Assembly (NCBI RefSeq): GCF_000143415.4
Contig: NW_003314324.1
Span: 410,011 to 474,010, forward strand
From: Selaginella moellendorffii
Taxonomy: Eukaryota > Plantae > Lycopodiophyta
Direction of reading: 5' to 3'
Length of the DNA: 64,000 bases
Shown: piece by piece, positions 36,070 through 48,517 of the stretch
Layout of the letters: each line of letters opens with the position of its first letter
Position numbering within the stretch: the first letter of the stretch is position 1
Translations under genes and position numbers: made by a program
The notes under the pieces: model-generated
Database searches by the model: none
The model's input: only the letters and a program-made list of their open reading frames with translations
Told to the model about the DNA's origin: nothing

Positions 36070-37530
36070 TTACGATTCGCGTCGGGTCCTCCTTTGGCGG
36101 GCGCCCTCGCCTTCCTTCTCAATCTCGTTGCCTGCCGCGTCGTCCTCCGCCTTGTCCTTGGAATCGTCCGGGCTGGAGATGTCTTCCTTCTTGGACTTCT
36201 CTACAGTCACCTGCGCAAGACAAACAACCATATGACAATCCAAAACTCGCGCAACGCTATTGCTAATTGTACCTTCGTCTTCTTGGGGGGCGATTTCTTG
36301 CCACCAAATAGAATCTTAAACAGCGTGACCACCACGACGAGCGGGATCAAAGCTATGGCGCTCAAAGAAATGGTTGGGAACTTCTCGGCCTTCTCCAGAA
36401 GATCCTGTCACAAACGAAAAGAAAGTTAGAATACGAGACAAAGTCCATGCTCATGTGTTTTTACTTACAAGAATCTTTTCCTTCTGTGACGCCAAAGCCG
36501 GGATGTCGGCAACCTTGCGCAGGTACTCAAACATCTTTGCCTGAAAAGATTCAAGGTCGTCACACAAAAAGAAAAAAAAAACGACAAAAGAAGACAAAGG
36601 AAAAGTACCTGGATGCCGTCAGGACTCGGAGTCGCTTCTTCAATCTTTTGCTTCTCCTTCTCAGCCTCGTACTTGGGCTTCCATTTCGTCTCCCTGTACT
36701 CTGCTGCCACAGCCTCGTCGGTCGCCACCAGGATGTTGTCAAAAAGAATGCCGTCCTGCATCGTCCAGATCTCGATCCCTATCGCCGAGATCGGCTCTAG
36801 ATCCGGCCTGTCCAACTCGAAGTACTCCGGGTTCGGTATTTGCTTCGGAGCCCAGATCCCCTTGTAAGCCGGGTTGTCGATCATCGGAGGATGCCACTTC
36901 CCCTTGTAGTCCGGGTTCCTCTTCATGGGCCTCTTCCATTCTCCACACCCAGACGCTTCCTCACACTTTGGGTTGCTGATCTTCGGGGGCTCCCACTCGC
37001 CATCCTCCTCGTCGTCCCAATCCGCGGGCTTGCTAGCTTCCGGATCGTCAACCTCGTCCGGCTCGTTGTCCAGCCAGTCATCGGGCTTGACCGCCTCCGC
37101 GTCCTCGATCTCCAGTGGAGCGTCCTCGTCCCAATCCTCGGGCTTGGTCGCTTCCGGATCGGGGATCTTCGCCCGCTCGTCCCAGTCCTCGGGCTTCTTG
37201 TCGTCGGGATCGGGGATGGTCTTGGGCGGGATCACGGCCGGCTCGAAGTCGCTCGAGAGGAGGTCGACGCTCTTCTCCTCCTTGCCGTCGACGAGGATCT
37301 TGAGCGTGTTGTTCGGGTAGATCACTGCCGTGTAGACGTGAGAGAGCTTGTCAGCCACTGGCGATGGCGGGTACTTGAGGTGATGCTCGATGTGCTTGTC
37401 GGATTTGGGGCCCTTGTGCTTGTAGATGAAGTGGACCTTGTTGGTGGCGCCGCATTTGTCCAGCCCAAACATGATCGAGTAGGGTGATTCGTTGTTGAAA
37501 TTTCCAGGCGTCCATCCAGCCTCTTTTGAA
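36070..37530 (-). pseudogene. CNX: Calnexin, apparently lacking its N-terminal part
   Basis: [13 protein letters not shown], P-domain repeats KPEDWD and GEWxxPxIxNP, and [16 protein letters not shown]. Spliced exons lead to a TM segment and the RRTRRES tail. No signal peptide or N-terminal exon was visible upstream. Confidence 0.8.
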
Positions 37531-38090
37531 ATACACTCCAATCCCTTTTGGAATAATGGGCTTAAACCCCACAGAGTGGGGGAGTTAAATTATGCTTTAG
37601 GTTAGTTTAGCATGCTTGATTTACCTCTTTATTACATTTCGAACTTATCAAAAACTCAAAAACTCAGGGGAGTGAGGAATTTTAAGAGGAGATTAGATTT
37701 TATATTTTCACATGAGATCATAACATTGGTATTATAGTTCATATAACTCATATTCTTGTGGCTGACAAATGGGGCAAGAATATTCTAAAGGAATATTTAA
37801 TATAGTGGATTAGAGGGAGAATCAAGCCTAAGAAAAGTATTATTCGAGGGTGGCCTAAATATGAATCATTCCTTGGCAAGTGGAGGATTATTAAACACAA
37901 AATTAAGATAATAAGATAGAAAAAAGCCTATTAACAAACCCCTCCCCCTCGCCCCCCAGAAAAGATTGTAAATTTGGATGCATCATCATGTTTATGACAA
38001 TTTCTACATTTTTATAAATACCTTGTTAACACTTTCCATAAATATCTAATGGAACTTAACATATGAAAAATATGATGATAAGGGTCTAAA

Positions 38091-38147
38091 CTGGTCGTAC
38101 CCTGACGCAAATCTGTAAGCTCCGGTGCTGCCAATCACTGCAACCTC
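38091..38147 (-). pseudogene. Tiny dirigent-like gene fragment
   Basis: A GC island in AT-rich DNA that translates to EVAVIGSTGAYRFASGY, resembling the dirigent motif E.xVVGGTGxFRxARGY. Confidence 0.45.
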
Positions 38148-38859
38148 TCAATACTAAGTTATTATGTAACAATATTGAAAGACTAAAACTCAATATGTAA
38201 AGGTTCTTGTAAAGTTAGTGAGTAAAAGAGAACTAAAAGTTAAATTGTATTTTTAGCAAAAAACATATAAGAGTTCCTAAATACAGATGTTAAGCCTAAT
38301 TTACTAAACAAACAAAAGAGGTTGAAAAGGGAATTAATAATCTAATCTTTTATTATTGTATCAGTAAAAGAAAGAGATTCCAAAAGATTCACCAATAGAT
38401 AATTTTTGATACCCATAGTCACATTTGTAACACTCTTATACTTTCTGTTAAGTCAAATTTTCTATAAAAATCCTAAAGATATCTTTCAATAGTTGATTCA
38501 TATGTTTTATCTACTTAATTGATTGTGGATGCTTATCACTTCTTATGTTCAACTTAGTTTCTTACTTTTTAAAGACTATTTGCCAAAACATGTGAATTTG
38601 GGATTTCAATCACTTATAATATCACTTAACAAACCATAAAAACTAAATAACCGATTTACAAACATCTAAACAAGTTCCAGAAACTTTAGTTTCAAGGAAG
38701 AAATTAATCATTTTTGTCAAACAATCGACAACAATTAAGATAATATCATTTTCTGTCCTTACAAAGGCTATGAGATTAACAACTTTCTCATAACTCTAAC
38801 TAATAATCAACTTCATACCTATCATAAATTTGGCATGTTTAACATACCAATCAAATATG

Positions 38860-39282
38860 GAATGGATCTTATGAGCTTGGAAATGCTCAAGAGATTGAGA
38901 CATTAGAGGCTTTTCAGCTCCCCTAAGGACGAGGAAATGGAACCTGTAAGCTTGGGAGAACTAGGCCTTTTAGTTGGCCAAGGGAGGAAGGAATGGAGCC
39001 AGTGAACAAGCTTGCTTTGAGATTCAAGACAAGGAGTTTCTCGAGCTTGGTGAGGAACGACGGAATGCTGCCCGAGCTGTCGGCCCTAATGTACCCCAAG
39101 CTGGTCAGTTTCCAACCTATGGATGGAATCGGTTCCTCAAATCTATAACCTGTCAGATCCAGCGTTTGCAGTGTGGATGCGAGCTGAGCAAGCAGTGGTC
39201 TGGAGAAGAAGTTCCCTCCCAACTCGAGAACTTCCAGCTGACGCAGCTTACCAAAGGCAGGAGGTACGGGACCATCCATGGC
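38860..39282 (-). pseudogene. LRR gene fragment abutting PPR1 copy 2
   Basis: Matches about 2025-2485 with deletions. Confidence 0.8.
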
Positions 39283-39374
39283 GTATGAAGCTTTGAGAAA
39301 CAACTTCATCATTGAACGTTGTGGTTTTAATCGTTACTTTTGGAGGTTTGTTCTTTACATTCTTTGTTTGTTGC

Positions 39375-40800
39375 ATGTCCATTGCAGCAGTAAAGCCCGC
39401 CACAGCATTCAAGGTCGAAATAGCCACTGACACTCCTGCAAGGGTGCGCTTTGCATCAAACGGGAAGATCAAGATGTATGGCAAGCTTTCAAGAGTCAAG
39501 GATGCTCGGCAAGTTTTAGATCGCATGCGTAACAAGGACTCGGTGTCTTGGTTCTTGATGCTAGCTGTCTATGCACAAAATGGTCATATGGAAGAGGCCA
39601 AGCTGATGTTTTCCCAAATGCCGGAGAAGAGTTTGATTTCTTTCAACATGATGTTATCTTGGTTTGGTCGGTGTGGATGTGTACAAGAAGCTTACAAAAT
39701 CTTTAACAACATGCCTCACAGGGATTTAGTGTCTTGGAACGCCGTGATCTCTGCATATGCCCACAGTGGGTATATCAACGAGACGGTTCAGGTGTTTGAT
39801 GCCATGCCTGAGAGAGATATGATCTCTTGGACGGTGGTTTTAACGTTGCATGCGAATAATAGAAATTTGGAAGAAGCTAAGAACATCTTTGAGAAAATGC
39901 CAGAAAGAGATCTAGCTGCTTGGAACTGTATGCTGAATGCATATTCCCAAAGCGGGTATCCGCAGGAGGCAAGGCGTGTGTTTTATTCTATGCCTCAGAG
40001 AAGTCTCATTTCCTGGACTGTGATGTTAAACCTTTCTGCCGTAAATTCTAGTTACAAGAAACAAAGAGTATATTCGAAGCCATTCCAGAAATTGATCTAG
40101 TTTCGTGTACGTCAATGATTTCTGCATATGCCCAATCAGGGCATCTATTGGAAGCTAAATTACTATTTGATAGAATGCCATGCTGGAACTTGGTAACATG
40201 GACCGCGATGCTGGCAGCATGTGTGCACGCTGGCAGCATCTTCATGGCCGAGGACATCTTTCAAAAAATGCCATTCAAGAATCCAGTAGCATGCAACGCC
40301 ATGCTAGCCGGATATGCCCACGCTGGCAAAGTTGAGCAGGCAAAGTGTATATTTGACAAAATGCCATGTTGGAGTTTAGTATCGTGGAGTTCACTGCTGT
40401 ATGTCTACGCAGGATCAAGAGATATGGACTTGACACGACGATTTTTCGATAAAATGCCATACCAGCAGCTAGTTTCTTGGAACACCATGCTTGATGCTTA
40501 TGCCCAAAACGGGTATATGGCAGAAGCAAGGGTCATGTTCAATGCAATGGTGGAGAAGGACGTAATTTCTTGGACTATAATGCTTGCTGGCTATGGCCTT
40601 AGTGGCCAGAGTTCACTTGCAAGAAAAACTTTTGCCCAGATGCCAGGGAAGAATGAAGTTTCTTGGGATGCAATGCTCACTGCATGTACCCAAGCAGGGG
40701 ATTCGGTTTCTGTGTTTCAGTTGTTTCACACTATGCATATGACCGGCATTTACAACCAAGTTGGATTTGTCTCCGCTCTCAATGCTCACGGCCAAGTTGG
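39375..40800 (+). pseudogene. PPR1 copy 2, frameshifted and 3'-truncated
   Basis: 1-nt deletion at about 40052 (AGTTAC vs AGTTTAC). Homology to copy 1 ends at 40800. Confidence 0.85.
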
Positions 40801-41364
40801 AGCTTTTTTGCCATTGCTGCTTTGGCTGTTGCTGCTCCTCTCTTGGAGCTCTTTTGCCACTGCTGGGCTTCTCAGCCAACTCTGCCGCTGCTATCTGCCG
40901 CCGCTCACTTGGCTGCTGCTGCTCCTCTCTTCGAGCATCTTGGCCACTCCTGCTGCCGTTCTGCTTCTCGGCCTGCTAAGTCACTGCTCTGCTGCTCCTG
41001 GGCTTCTTGGCTGCTCTACTACTCCTCTCTTGGAGCATATCAGCATCTTCTGCCACTCCAGGGCTTCTGAGTCGCTACTATCTGCCACTCCTCGCTGTTG
41101 GTATGGCTCTGCCATTGCTTTGTTGCTGCGCTCTAGGCTACTCTGCTTCTGCCGTTGGCATCTGGAAGCTTCTTCTTCTTCTTCATCCTTCACAGGTCCT
41201 CAAGATCTGTGCTCCGATACCATGATACAAAAGGCAACGACTGCTGGCAACGACTGCTCATATTGTATATATGAAGCTATATATACACGGGCTGTGGCAA
41301 CTGCCTAATGCCACATCATCCTAACTGCCTAGCTAAGCATCTACCTGAGCATCTACTCTCAACA
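40801..41364 (-). mobile_element. Truncated short-LTR retroelement (copia-like LTR of 142 bp, PBS and repetitive leader)
   Basis: The minus strand reads TGTTGAGAG...TGTATCA (41364-41223) directly followed by PBS TGGTATCGGAGC. It is inserted in Lnt-like copy 2, and its distal part is deleted. Confidence 0.75.
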
Positions 41365-42111
41365 CATCATGAGGGCGATGTCCTTCTGGAAGAAATCCCC
41401 CGAGAAAATGGAGACCCTGGCGCTGCCGTAGAACAGGATCGAGAGAGCAATGGCTCCAAACGCCAGGGAGTGGCCGCGATGCAGCTGCGTAGCACGCTTC
41501 TTGTCGGATTTCTCCATCTTGGAAAGATTCTCGTCGAGAACGGCCCTGTCGTGGAGAATCGCCGAGAACCACGCCATGAGGAATGCGATCCCATCGATCC
41601 CCCACACGCCGGCGCTCATCACCAGCGGCAAGATTGTAACCTGGGAAACGGCGGGATGGAGGAAGGAGCCGACGCCGCCGAATCGATTCCACAACAACCA
41701 CGCCGTGGTCCACATCGACGCGAATACCAGCGGCTGGGACGTTCTTGCTCGGTCAAAACGCTTCCTGTAGCCGATGCTTGCAAGAAATGGGAGGAGAAGA
41801 AACATCCACAGCGCCAGTGCCCAGATTATTCCTACAATTGGCACGCTGCTGGCCTTGGAGTTGTCCGGGCTCACCTTTCCCGGGAAGAATGCCAAGAATG
41901 CCAGGCTCGCGGCAGTGGTGTGGAGGATGAGCGCCAGGAGAATTGTGAAAACCGCAGAGCTCCATGAGCAAGAATTGTGCGAAATCCCTGATTTGTGGAA
42001 GAAATGCAAGAGGAAAAATGGTTGGAGCCAAGTACAAATTGCAACAGATTGGAAACCAGGGAAGAAAGTGCACGCCACCGAGAGAATGACCAACAGTGCC
42101 ACCTTCCTCAT
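41365..42111 (-). pseudogene. Lnt-like copy 2 (TM half only)
   Basis: Near-identical to 17987-18733 and cut by the LTR. The nitrilase domain is absent. Confidence 0.85.
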
Positions 42112-42156
42112 GTCTCTTGGTGCTTGTTTGAATGTAGGTGGTAATTTATATTCTTA

Positions 42157-42423
42157 AGTTGCATGGTAGATCTCTTGAGCCGAGCCGGCCACCTTCACGA
42201 CGCCAAAGATCTAATCTTAAGCATGCCGTTCGTTCCCAGTGCTCTCGAGTGGACGTGCCTCCTCGGAGCATGCAAGAGCCACGAGGATTATAACAGTCTT
42301 AGACTGGGAGACGATGTAGTGAGATCTGTAATGGACGTAACCGACGCAACTCCCAAGACACCCTATGCTTTACTAGCGAACGTCTACACAAGCTCCCAAA
42401 CAAAAAATCCACACTATATGTAA
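42157..42423 (+). pseudogene. PPR2 3' fragment
   Basis: Matches 34702-34968 and is joined directly to the Lnt-like upstream region (equivalent of 18778). Confidence 0.85.
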
Positions 42424-42463
42424 AATCTAAGGACTTACTCTCTCCTGTACACATGAAGTCATT

Positions 42464-42682
42464 TTAATCACCTCCGCCACCGCCACCTCCTCCGCCACAG
42501 CCCCCACCGCCACAGCCTCCGCCACCACCACAGCCTCCTCCATCGTGGCCTCCACCGTGGTCACCACCAGAGCCTCCACTGTGGCCTCCACCATGGTGGC
42601 CACCGCTAAACATTGCTCCCACGAAATTGGAGCGCCTTCTTGGCTTTTGCCTTTTTGGAGATGCAAAGAAACTGAAACACAT
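42464..42682 (-). CDS. Met-Cys Gly-rich small protein, copy 2 (72 aa)
   Basis: Intact paralog of 34997-35197 with an in-frame Gly-tract expansion. Confidence 0.6.
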   Translation of the reverse strand: MCFSFFASPKRQKPRRRSNFVGAMFSGGHHGGGHSGGSGGDHGGGHDGGGCGGGGGCGGGGCGGGGGGGGGD

Positions 42683-43060
42683 TTTGGATTGATTGCTTGC
42701 AAGGGGGCATAATCTTCTGCTTGTATACAAGGCTAGAAGGCAATGTGAGACTTTGACTCAGAGGAAGCCACGAAGAAAGCAATGATAGCGTGTGGACCTG
42801 GAGAAGTTTATGCAATCAGTGCCACGTCGTGACACTTCATCAGAGTGTTCAAGAAACGCAAGACGTAACACTACAAACGTGCATTTGTCTATCCAATCTT
42901 TGAGGAATACGTGCATAAAATCTCGTCAAATTGCGCGTGAAGGAAGTTGCTTTGCTTGCTCCATATGGTCAGGCCTTGTGGCCAATCAGATGTTCTCCTG
43001 CCTTGTATATAAGCGCAAGCCTCCTCGCATCGATCATACCTTTATCTTGCACAATCCAAG

Positions 43061-43249
43061 ATGTGTTTCGGTTTCTCTCAATCCTCTAACAGGCGAAAGC
43101 AGAGGCGAAGGCGCCCGTCTGCAGCAACGGGCGCCTTCGTGAGTGGTGGCGGAGCTTGTGCTGGCACTGGCGGCGGAGGCTGTGGTGGCGGTGGCGGCGG
43201 CGGTGGTGGTGGTGGCTGCGGAGGAGGCGGCGGCGGTGGAGGCTGCTAA
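43061..43249 (+). CDS. Met-Cys Gly-rich small protein, copy 2 (62 aa)
   Basis: Intact paralog of 35562-35756 with in-frame length changes. Confidence 0.6.
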   Translation: MCFGFSQSSNRRKQRRRRPSAATGAFVSGGGACAGTGGGGCGGGGGGGGGGGCGGGGGGGGC

Positions 43250-43575
43250 ATACTCTGTATGAGAAATAGCCATGCATATGAATGTTTGTAAATATGCATA
43301 ATCTCAAACTTCCTCAAATAATACGTACAATTTGTTTGTTTTTTTACAGCCAAGGATTGAGCTGGCCACGATCTTAGCACTGTTTTGGAACTAGTAAGTA
43401 GAATCTCGTAGAATCTATTCAGCAATTCTATGTACTTCAGGTACTATAGTGATTCAAGTAAAATCCAAAAAAAAGGGAAACATCCACTTACAATACAACG
43501 TTTTGAGCGCTCTTCTCTTGTCTTCTCTCGAGTAAAAGCTTTGATTCTTCTAGCTCTCTCTCGCCTCCTGTTTTC

Positions 43576-45015
43576 TTACGATTTGCGTCGGGTTCTCCTT
43601 TGACGGGCGCCCTCGCCTTCCTTCTCAATCTCGTTGCCTGTCGCGTCGTCCTCCGCCTTGTCCTTGGAATCGTCCGGGCTGGAGATGTCTTCCTTCTTGG
43701 ACTTCTCTACAGTCACCTGCGCAAGACAAACAACCATGAGAATCCAAAACTAGCGCAACTCTATTGCTAATTGTACCTTCGTCTTCTTGGGGGGCGATTT
43801 CTTGCCACCAAAAAGAATCTTAAACAGCGTGACCACCACGACGAGCGGGATGAAAGCTATGGCGCTCAAAGAAATGGTTGGGAACTTCTCGGCCTTCTAG
43901 ATCCTGTGTGTCACAAACGAAAAGAAAGTAAGAATACGAGACAAAGTCCATGTTTTACTTACAAGAATCTTTTCCTTCTGTGACGCCAAAGCCGGGATGT
44001 CGGCAACCTTGCGCAGGTACTCAAACATCTTTGCCTGAAAAGATTCAAGGTCGTCACACACACACACAAGAAAGAAAACAAAAGACAGACAAAGGAAAAG
44101 TACCTGGATGCCGTCAGGACTCGGAGTCGCTTCTTCAATTTTTTGCTTCTCCTTCTCAGCCTCGTACTTGGGCTTCCATTTCGTCTCCCTGTACTCTGCT
44201 GCCACAGCCTCGTCGGTCGCCACCAGGATGTTGTCAAAAAGAATGCCGTCCTGCATCGTCCAGATCTCGATCCCTATCGCCGAGATCGGCTCTAGATCCG
44301 GCCTGTCCAACTCGAAGTACTCCGGGTTCGGTATTTGCTTCGGAGCCCAGATCCCCTTGTAAGCCGGGCTGTCGATCATCGGAGGATACCACTTCCTCTT
44401 GTAGTCCGGGTTCCTCTTCATGGGCCTCTTCCATTCTCCACACCCAGACGCTTCCTCACACTTTGGGTTGCTGATCTTCGGGGGCTCCCACTCGCCATCC
44501 TCCTCGTCGTCCCAGTCCGCGGGCTTGCTAGCTTCCGGATCGTCAACCTCGTCCGGCTCGTTGTCCAGCCAGTCATCGGGCTTGACCGCCTCCGCGTCCT
44601 CGATCTCCAGTGGAGCGTCCTCGTCCCAATCCTCGGGCTTGGTCGCTTCCGGATCGGGGATCTTCGCCCGCTCGTCCCAGTCCTCGGGCTTCTTGTCGTC
44701 GGGATCGGGGATGGTCTTGGGCGGGATCACGGCCGGCTCGAAGTCGCTCGAGAGGAGGTCGACGCTCTTCTCCTCCTTGCCGCCGACGAGGATCTTGAGC
44801 GTGTTGTTCGGGTAGATCACTGCCGTGTAGACGTGAGAGAGCTTATCAGCCACTGGCGATGGCGGGTACTTGAGGTGATGCTCGATGTGCTTGTCGGATT
44901 TGGGACCCTTGTGCTTGTAGATGAATTGCACCTTGTTGGTGGTACCACATTTGTCTGGCCCAAACATGATTGAGTAGGGGGATTCATTACTGAAATTGTC
45001 GGGCGTCCATTGCAA
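43576..45015 (-). pseudogene. CNX: Calnexin copy 2, 5'-truncated and frameshifted before the TM segment
   Basis: Near-identical to 36070-37515. Small deletion at about 43898 (TTCTAGATC vs TTCTCCAGAAGATC). Confidence 0.8.
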
Positions 45016-45566
45016 GAGAAGGAACTTGAGATAGGCGATGCCACACTCTAATCCTTTCTGGAATTATAGTTTAAACCTTAGTCAAACACAGAATAGAACA
45101 TAAGTGGGGAGTTAAATTATGCTTTAAGTTAGTCAACCATGTTTAACTTACCCATTATCCTTATTATACATTTGGAATTCATCAAAAACTAAAAAACTCA
45201 AGGGTAATTATGTGGTGAAAAACTTAGATTTTGTATTTTTACATCAGATTATAACATTGGTATTGGAGCCTAATTTAATTCTCATGGCTGACAAATATAG
45301 AAGGAAAACCAAGGTTAGTAAACCTTAAGAGAAGTACCATGGTGACTAAAGGATAACTTAAATATGATTGTAGATGATAATTTCTAAAGGATTGTTAAGC
45401 ACCAAATTAAGGTAATAGAATAGAAAAAAGGCTTATAAACAAAACCCCCTTTTGTAAAAGAATGCATGCTTTAGGATTTTACTTAAAAATTAATCTTTAA
45501 AACAATTACAAAAACTTACTAAATATAAAATGACACTAGATTGCAAATTTAGATGCAAGAATAATA

Positions 45567-46202
45567 AAGTGCATATTTGACAAAATGCCATGTTAAAGTT
45601 TAGTATTGTGGAGTTCATTATTGTATGTCTACACAGGATCAAGAGATATGGACTTTGACACGACGATTTTTCGATAAAATGCCATACCAACAGCTAGTTT
45701 CTTGGAACACCATGCTTGATGCTTATGCCCAAAATGGGTATATGGTAGAAGCAAGGGTCATGTTCAATGCAATGGTGGAGAAAGACATAATTTCTTGGAC
45801 TAGAATGCTTGCTGCCTCACTTGCAAGAAAAACTTTTGCCCAGATGCCAGGGAAGAATGAAGTTTCTGCAGATGGCCGGCATTTACAACCAATTTGGATT
45901 TGTCTCCGCCCTCAATGCTCACGGCCAAGTTGGCAGTGTTGCTTTGTTTCGATGGCTTTTGACTGTGGCATTCAGCCATGTCACCAGCATTACTCCTGCA
46001 TAATCGATGGCCTGGCATTGACAATGCAAGAGAACTCATCGGAAACATGCCATTTGTTCCCACTTCTTTGAATTGGCTGTGCCTTTTAGCTGCATGTTGG
46101 AGCCTCGAGTGTGGAACCTGCATATCAAAATGGGTGTCTGGACTTGCGAGCAGCAGAGCTATGTATCCTCTCCTGGCAAATGTATGGGCTTGGCATTGTT
46201 AG
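45567..46202 (+). pseudogene. PPR1 copy 3, 3' relic
   Basis: Matches 15550-16302 with several deletions. Confidence 0.8.
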
Positions 46203-46862
46203 AATCTAAGGAAAAAAAAACTGCTGCCTAGATTATGTTGTCAAATTACTTGAGAATTTAAGACTATGCGTTTCATGCTTGATAAATTCAAATATTGACA
46301 AAATGGGAAAAAAACAAATCATTTGTCTATATAACACCCAACATTCCCAGGATCTGAGCGTGGAGCTCCTGGACCAAATCACTAGAGGCTCTGAGAGATC
46401 GCGAGCAACTTCAATCAGACAGATACCTTGCAATACCTAGTGATTGAGGTGTGTGGAAAGTGCAGCAGGCGAAATTTGTGTTTGATGATCTGCCTAAGGG
46501 AATGTGTTTGATTCTATTTGAATGTTCTCAAAACTCTTCATGGAAAACTAGAAAACGATCAATGTTTGATGTCTGACGACGATACTTGCTGCCATGATAG
46601 GTACTAACAAAGCAAATATTCCTTTGCGCCACGATGTTCACACGAAGCTCTTCGGAGCGATGGAGATGGAACGCGATGCCCTTGTCATGGCAGTGTGGGG
46701 CTGCCTTCTTTTGCAATCGACACTCCAGCCGACTCGATCCATCGCCTTGGACTCCTCCAAATCGTGCGGTAGTCTTGCTGCACCAAACGACGATTAAGTC
46801 AATGCAAGTGCTACGTCCATATCACCCATGTTTTGTATTACAGATTGGGCTTCACAGGAATC

Positions 46863-48016
46863 TTAGACAAGCACGTTTGATTCCTCTGACAAAAGCACGC
46901 AATGTAGCTCCGACCTCTCAAACTTCTTTAAGGATCGTTCACCAGTGATGTGTGTACACGAATGGAACCAAGTGGGCTTTCCTGTAGCTAAATCCAATGG
47001 AGCCATCGGGAAGAACGAGGTCGAAATAGTTCCCGACTCTCCCGGTGCTCGCGTCCTTGTACTCGTAAGTGATGCCAACGTAGGCGCCGTGCTGGGAAGC
47101 GATCTGTCCGGCTTTGAATTGGAGAGAATCCCTGTCCTGTTTGAGGTCGAGTTTGAGCGCGCCATCGGACCAGAGCACCAGTCGATCGCCGGCTCGGAGG
47201 CGCTGGCTCCTCCTGTTGAGCATCACATCCATGTCCTCGTAGAAGAGGAGCTTTCCCAGGACGCAAGAGACCGGCACTGTTTTCTTCATTGTGAGGGCGA
47301 TGTCCTTCTGGAAGAAATCGCCCGAGAAGATCGAGACCCTGGCGCTGCCGTAGAACAAGGTCGAGAGGGCAATGGCTCCAAACGCCAGGGAGTGGCCGCG
47401 ATGCAGCTGTGTAGCACGCTTCTTGTCGGATTTCTCCATCTTGGGAAGAGACTCGTCGAGAACGGCCCTGAGAATCGCCGAGAACCACGCCATGAGGAAT
47501 GCGATCCCATCCATCCCCCACACGTCGGCGCTCATCACCAGAGGCAAGATTGTCACCTGCGACACGGCGGTGCCGACGCCGCCGAATCGATTCCACAGGA
47601 ACCACGCCGTGGTCCACATCGACGCGAATACCAGCGGCTGGGACGTTCTTGCTCGATCAAAACGCTTCCTGTAGCTGATGCTTGCAAGAAATGGGAGGAG
47701 AAGAAACACCCACAGCGCCAGTGCCCAGATTATTCCCACAATTGGCACGCTGCTGGCCGTGGAGCTGTCCGGTCTCACCTTTCCCGGGAAGAATGCCAGG
47801 AACGCCAGGCTCGCGGCAGTGGTCTGGAGGAGGAGCGCCAGGAGAATTGTGAGCGCCGCGGAGCGCCATGAGCAAGAATTGCGCAAAATCCCTGATTTGT
47901 GGAAGAAATGCAGGAGGAAAAATGGTTGAAACCAAGAACAAATTGCAACGGATTGGAAACCAGAGAAGAAAGTGCATGCCACCAGAGAGAATGACCAACA
48001 ATGCCATGTTCTTCAT
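46863..48016 (-). pseudogene. Lnt-like copy 3, catalytically dead
   Basis: Frameshift near the start, WSE>WSD, and an about 570-bp deletion after HLVPFV that removes GAICYD and both introns. Confidence 0.85.
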
Positions 48017-48517
48017 GTCTCTTTGTTTAAATGTAAGTGGTAAATTTATATATATTTAAGAACAATTGTATTCATCAAAAAATTATTTATGGGTATGTAT
48101 AATTTGGAAGTGTGAGGGCCAAGTATACGGCTACGATGCCGTATACTAATATTAGCGTAGTGGATTTTGGTAGCTGTCGGATTGGTTTCAATCCGGACCA
48201 CTCGCTCCTGTATGTAAGCTAGGGTTTTTGGGTTAATTGATATGCACATTTCTGTATTCCCTTTCCATATTCCATGCACTCACATTGGTGGAGATGAGGG
48301 GCACTTTTGATTGTCCCTGGGGAGTGCTTGGATTTGGGATTTCGGTTTAGATCTAGCTTTTGCATTGTCTAGATCTAGCTTTTTCCATTTCCTTTCTTTT
48401 GTTCTTTCCTTTCAGGATTTTGGTTTAGATCTAGCTTTTTGCATTGTCTAGATCTACTATTTCTTTCCAGCTTTTTGTCATTTCTCTTCTTTTGCTCTTT
48501 TTTTCTCATTCATTTTC

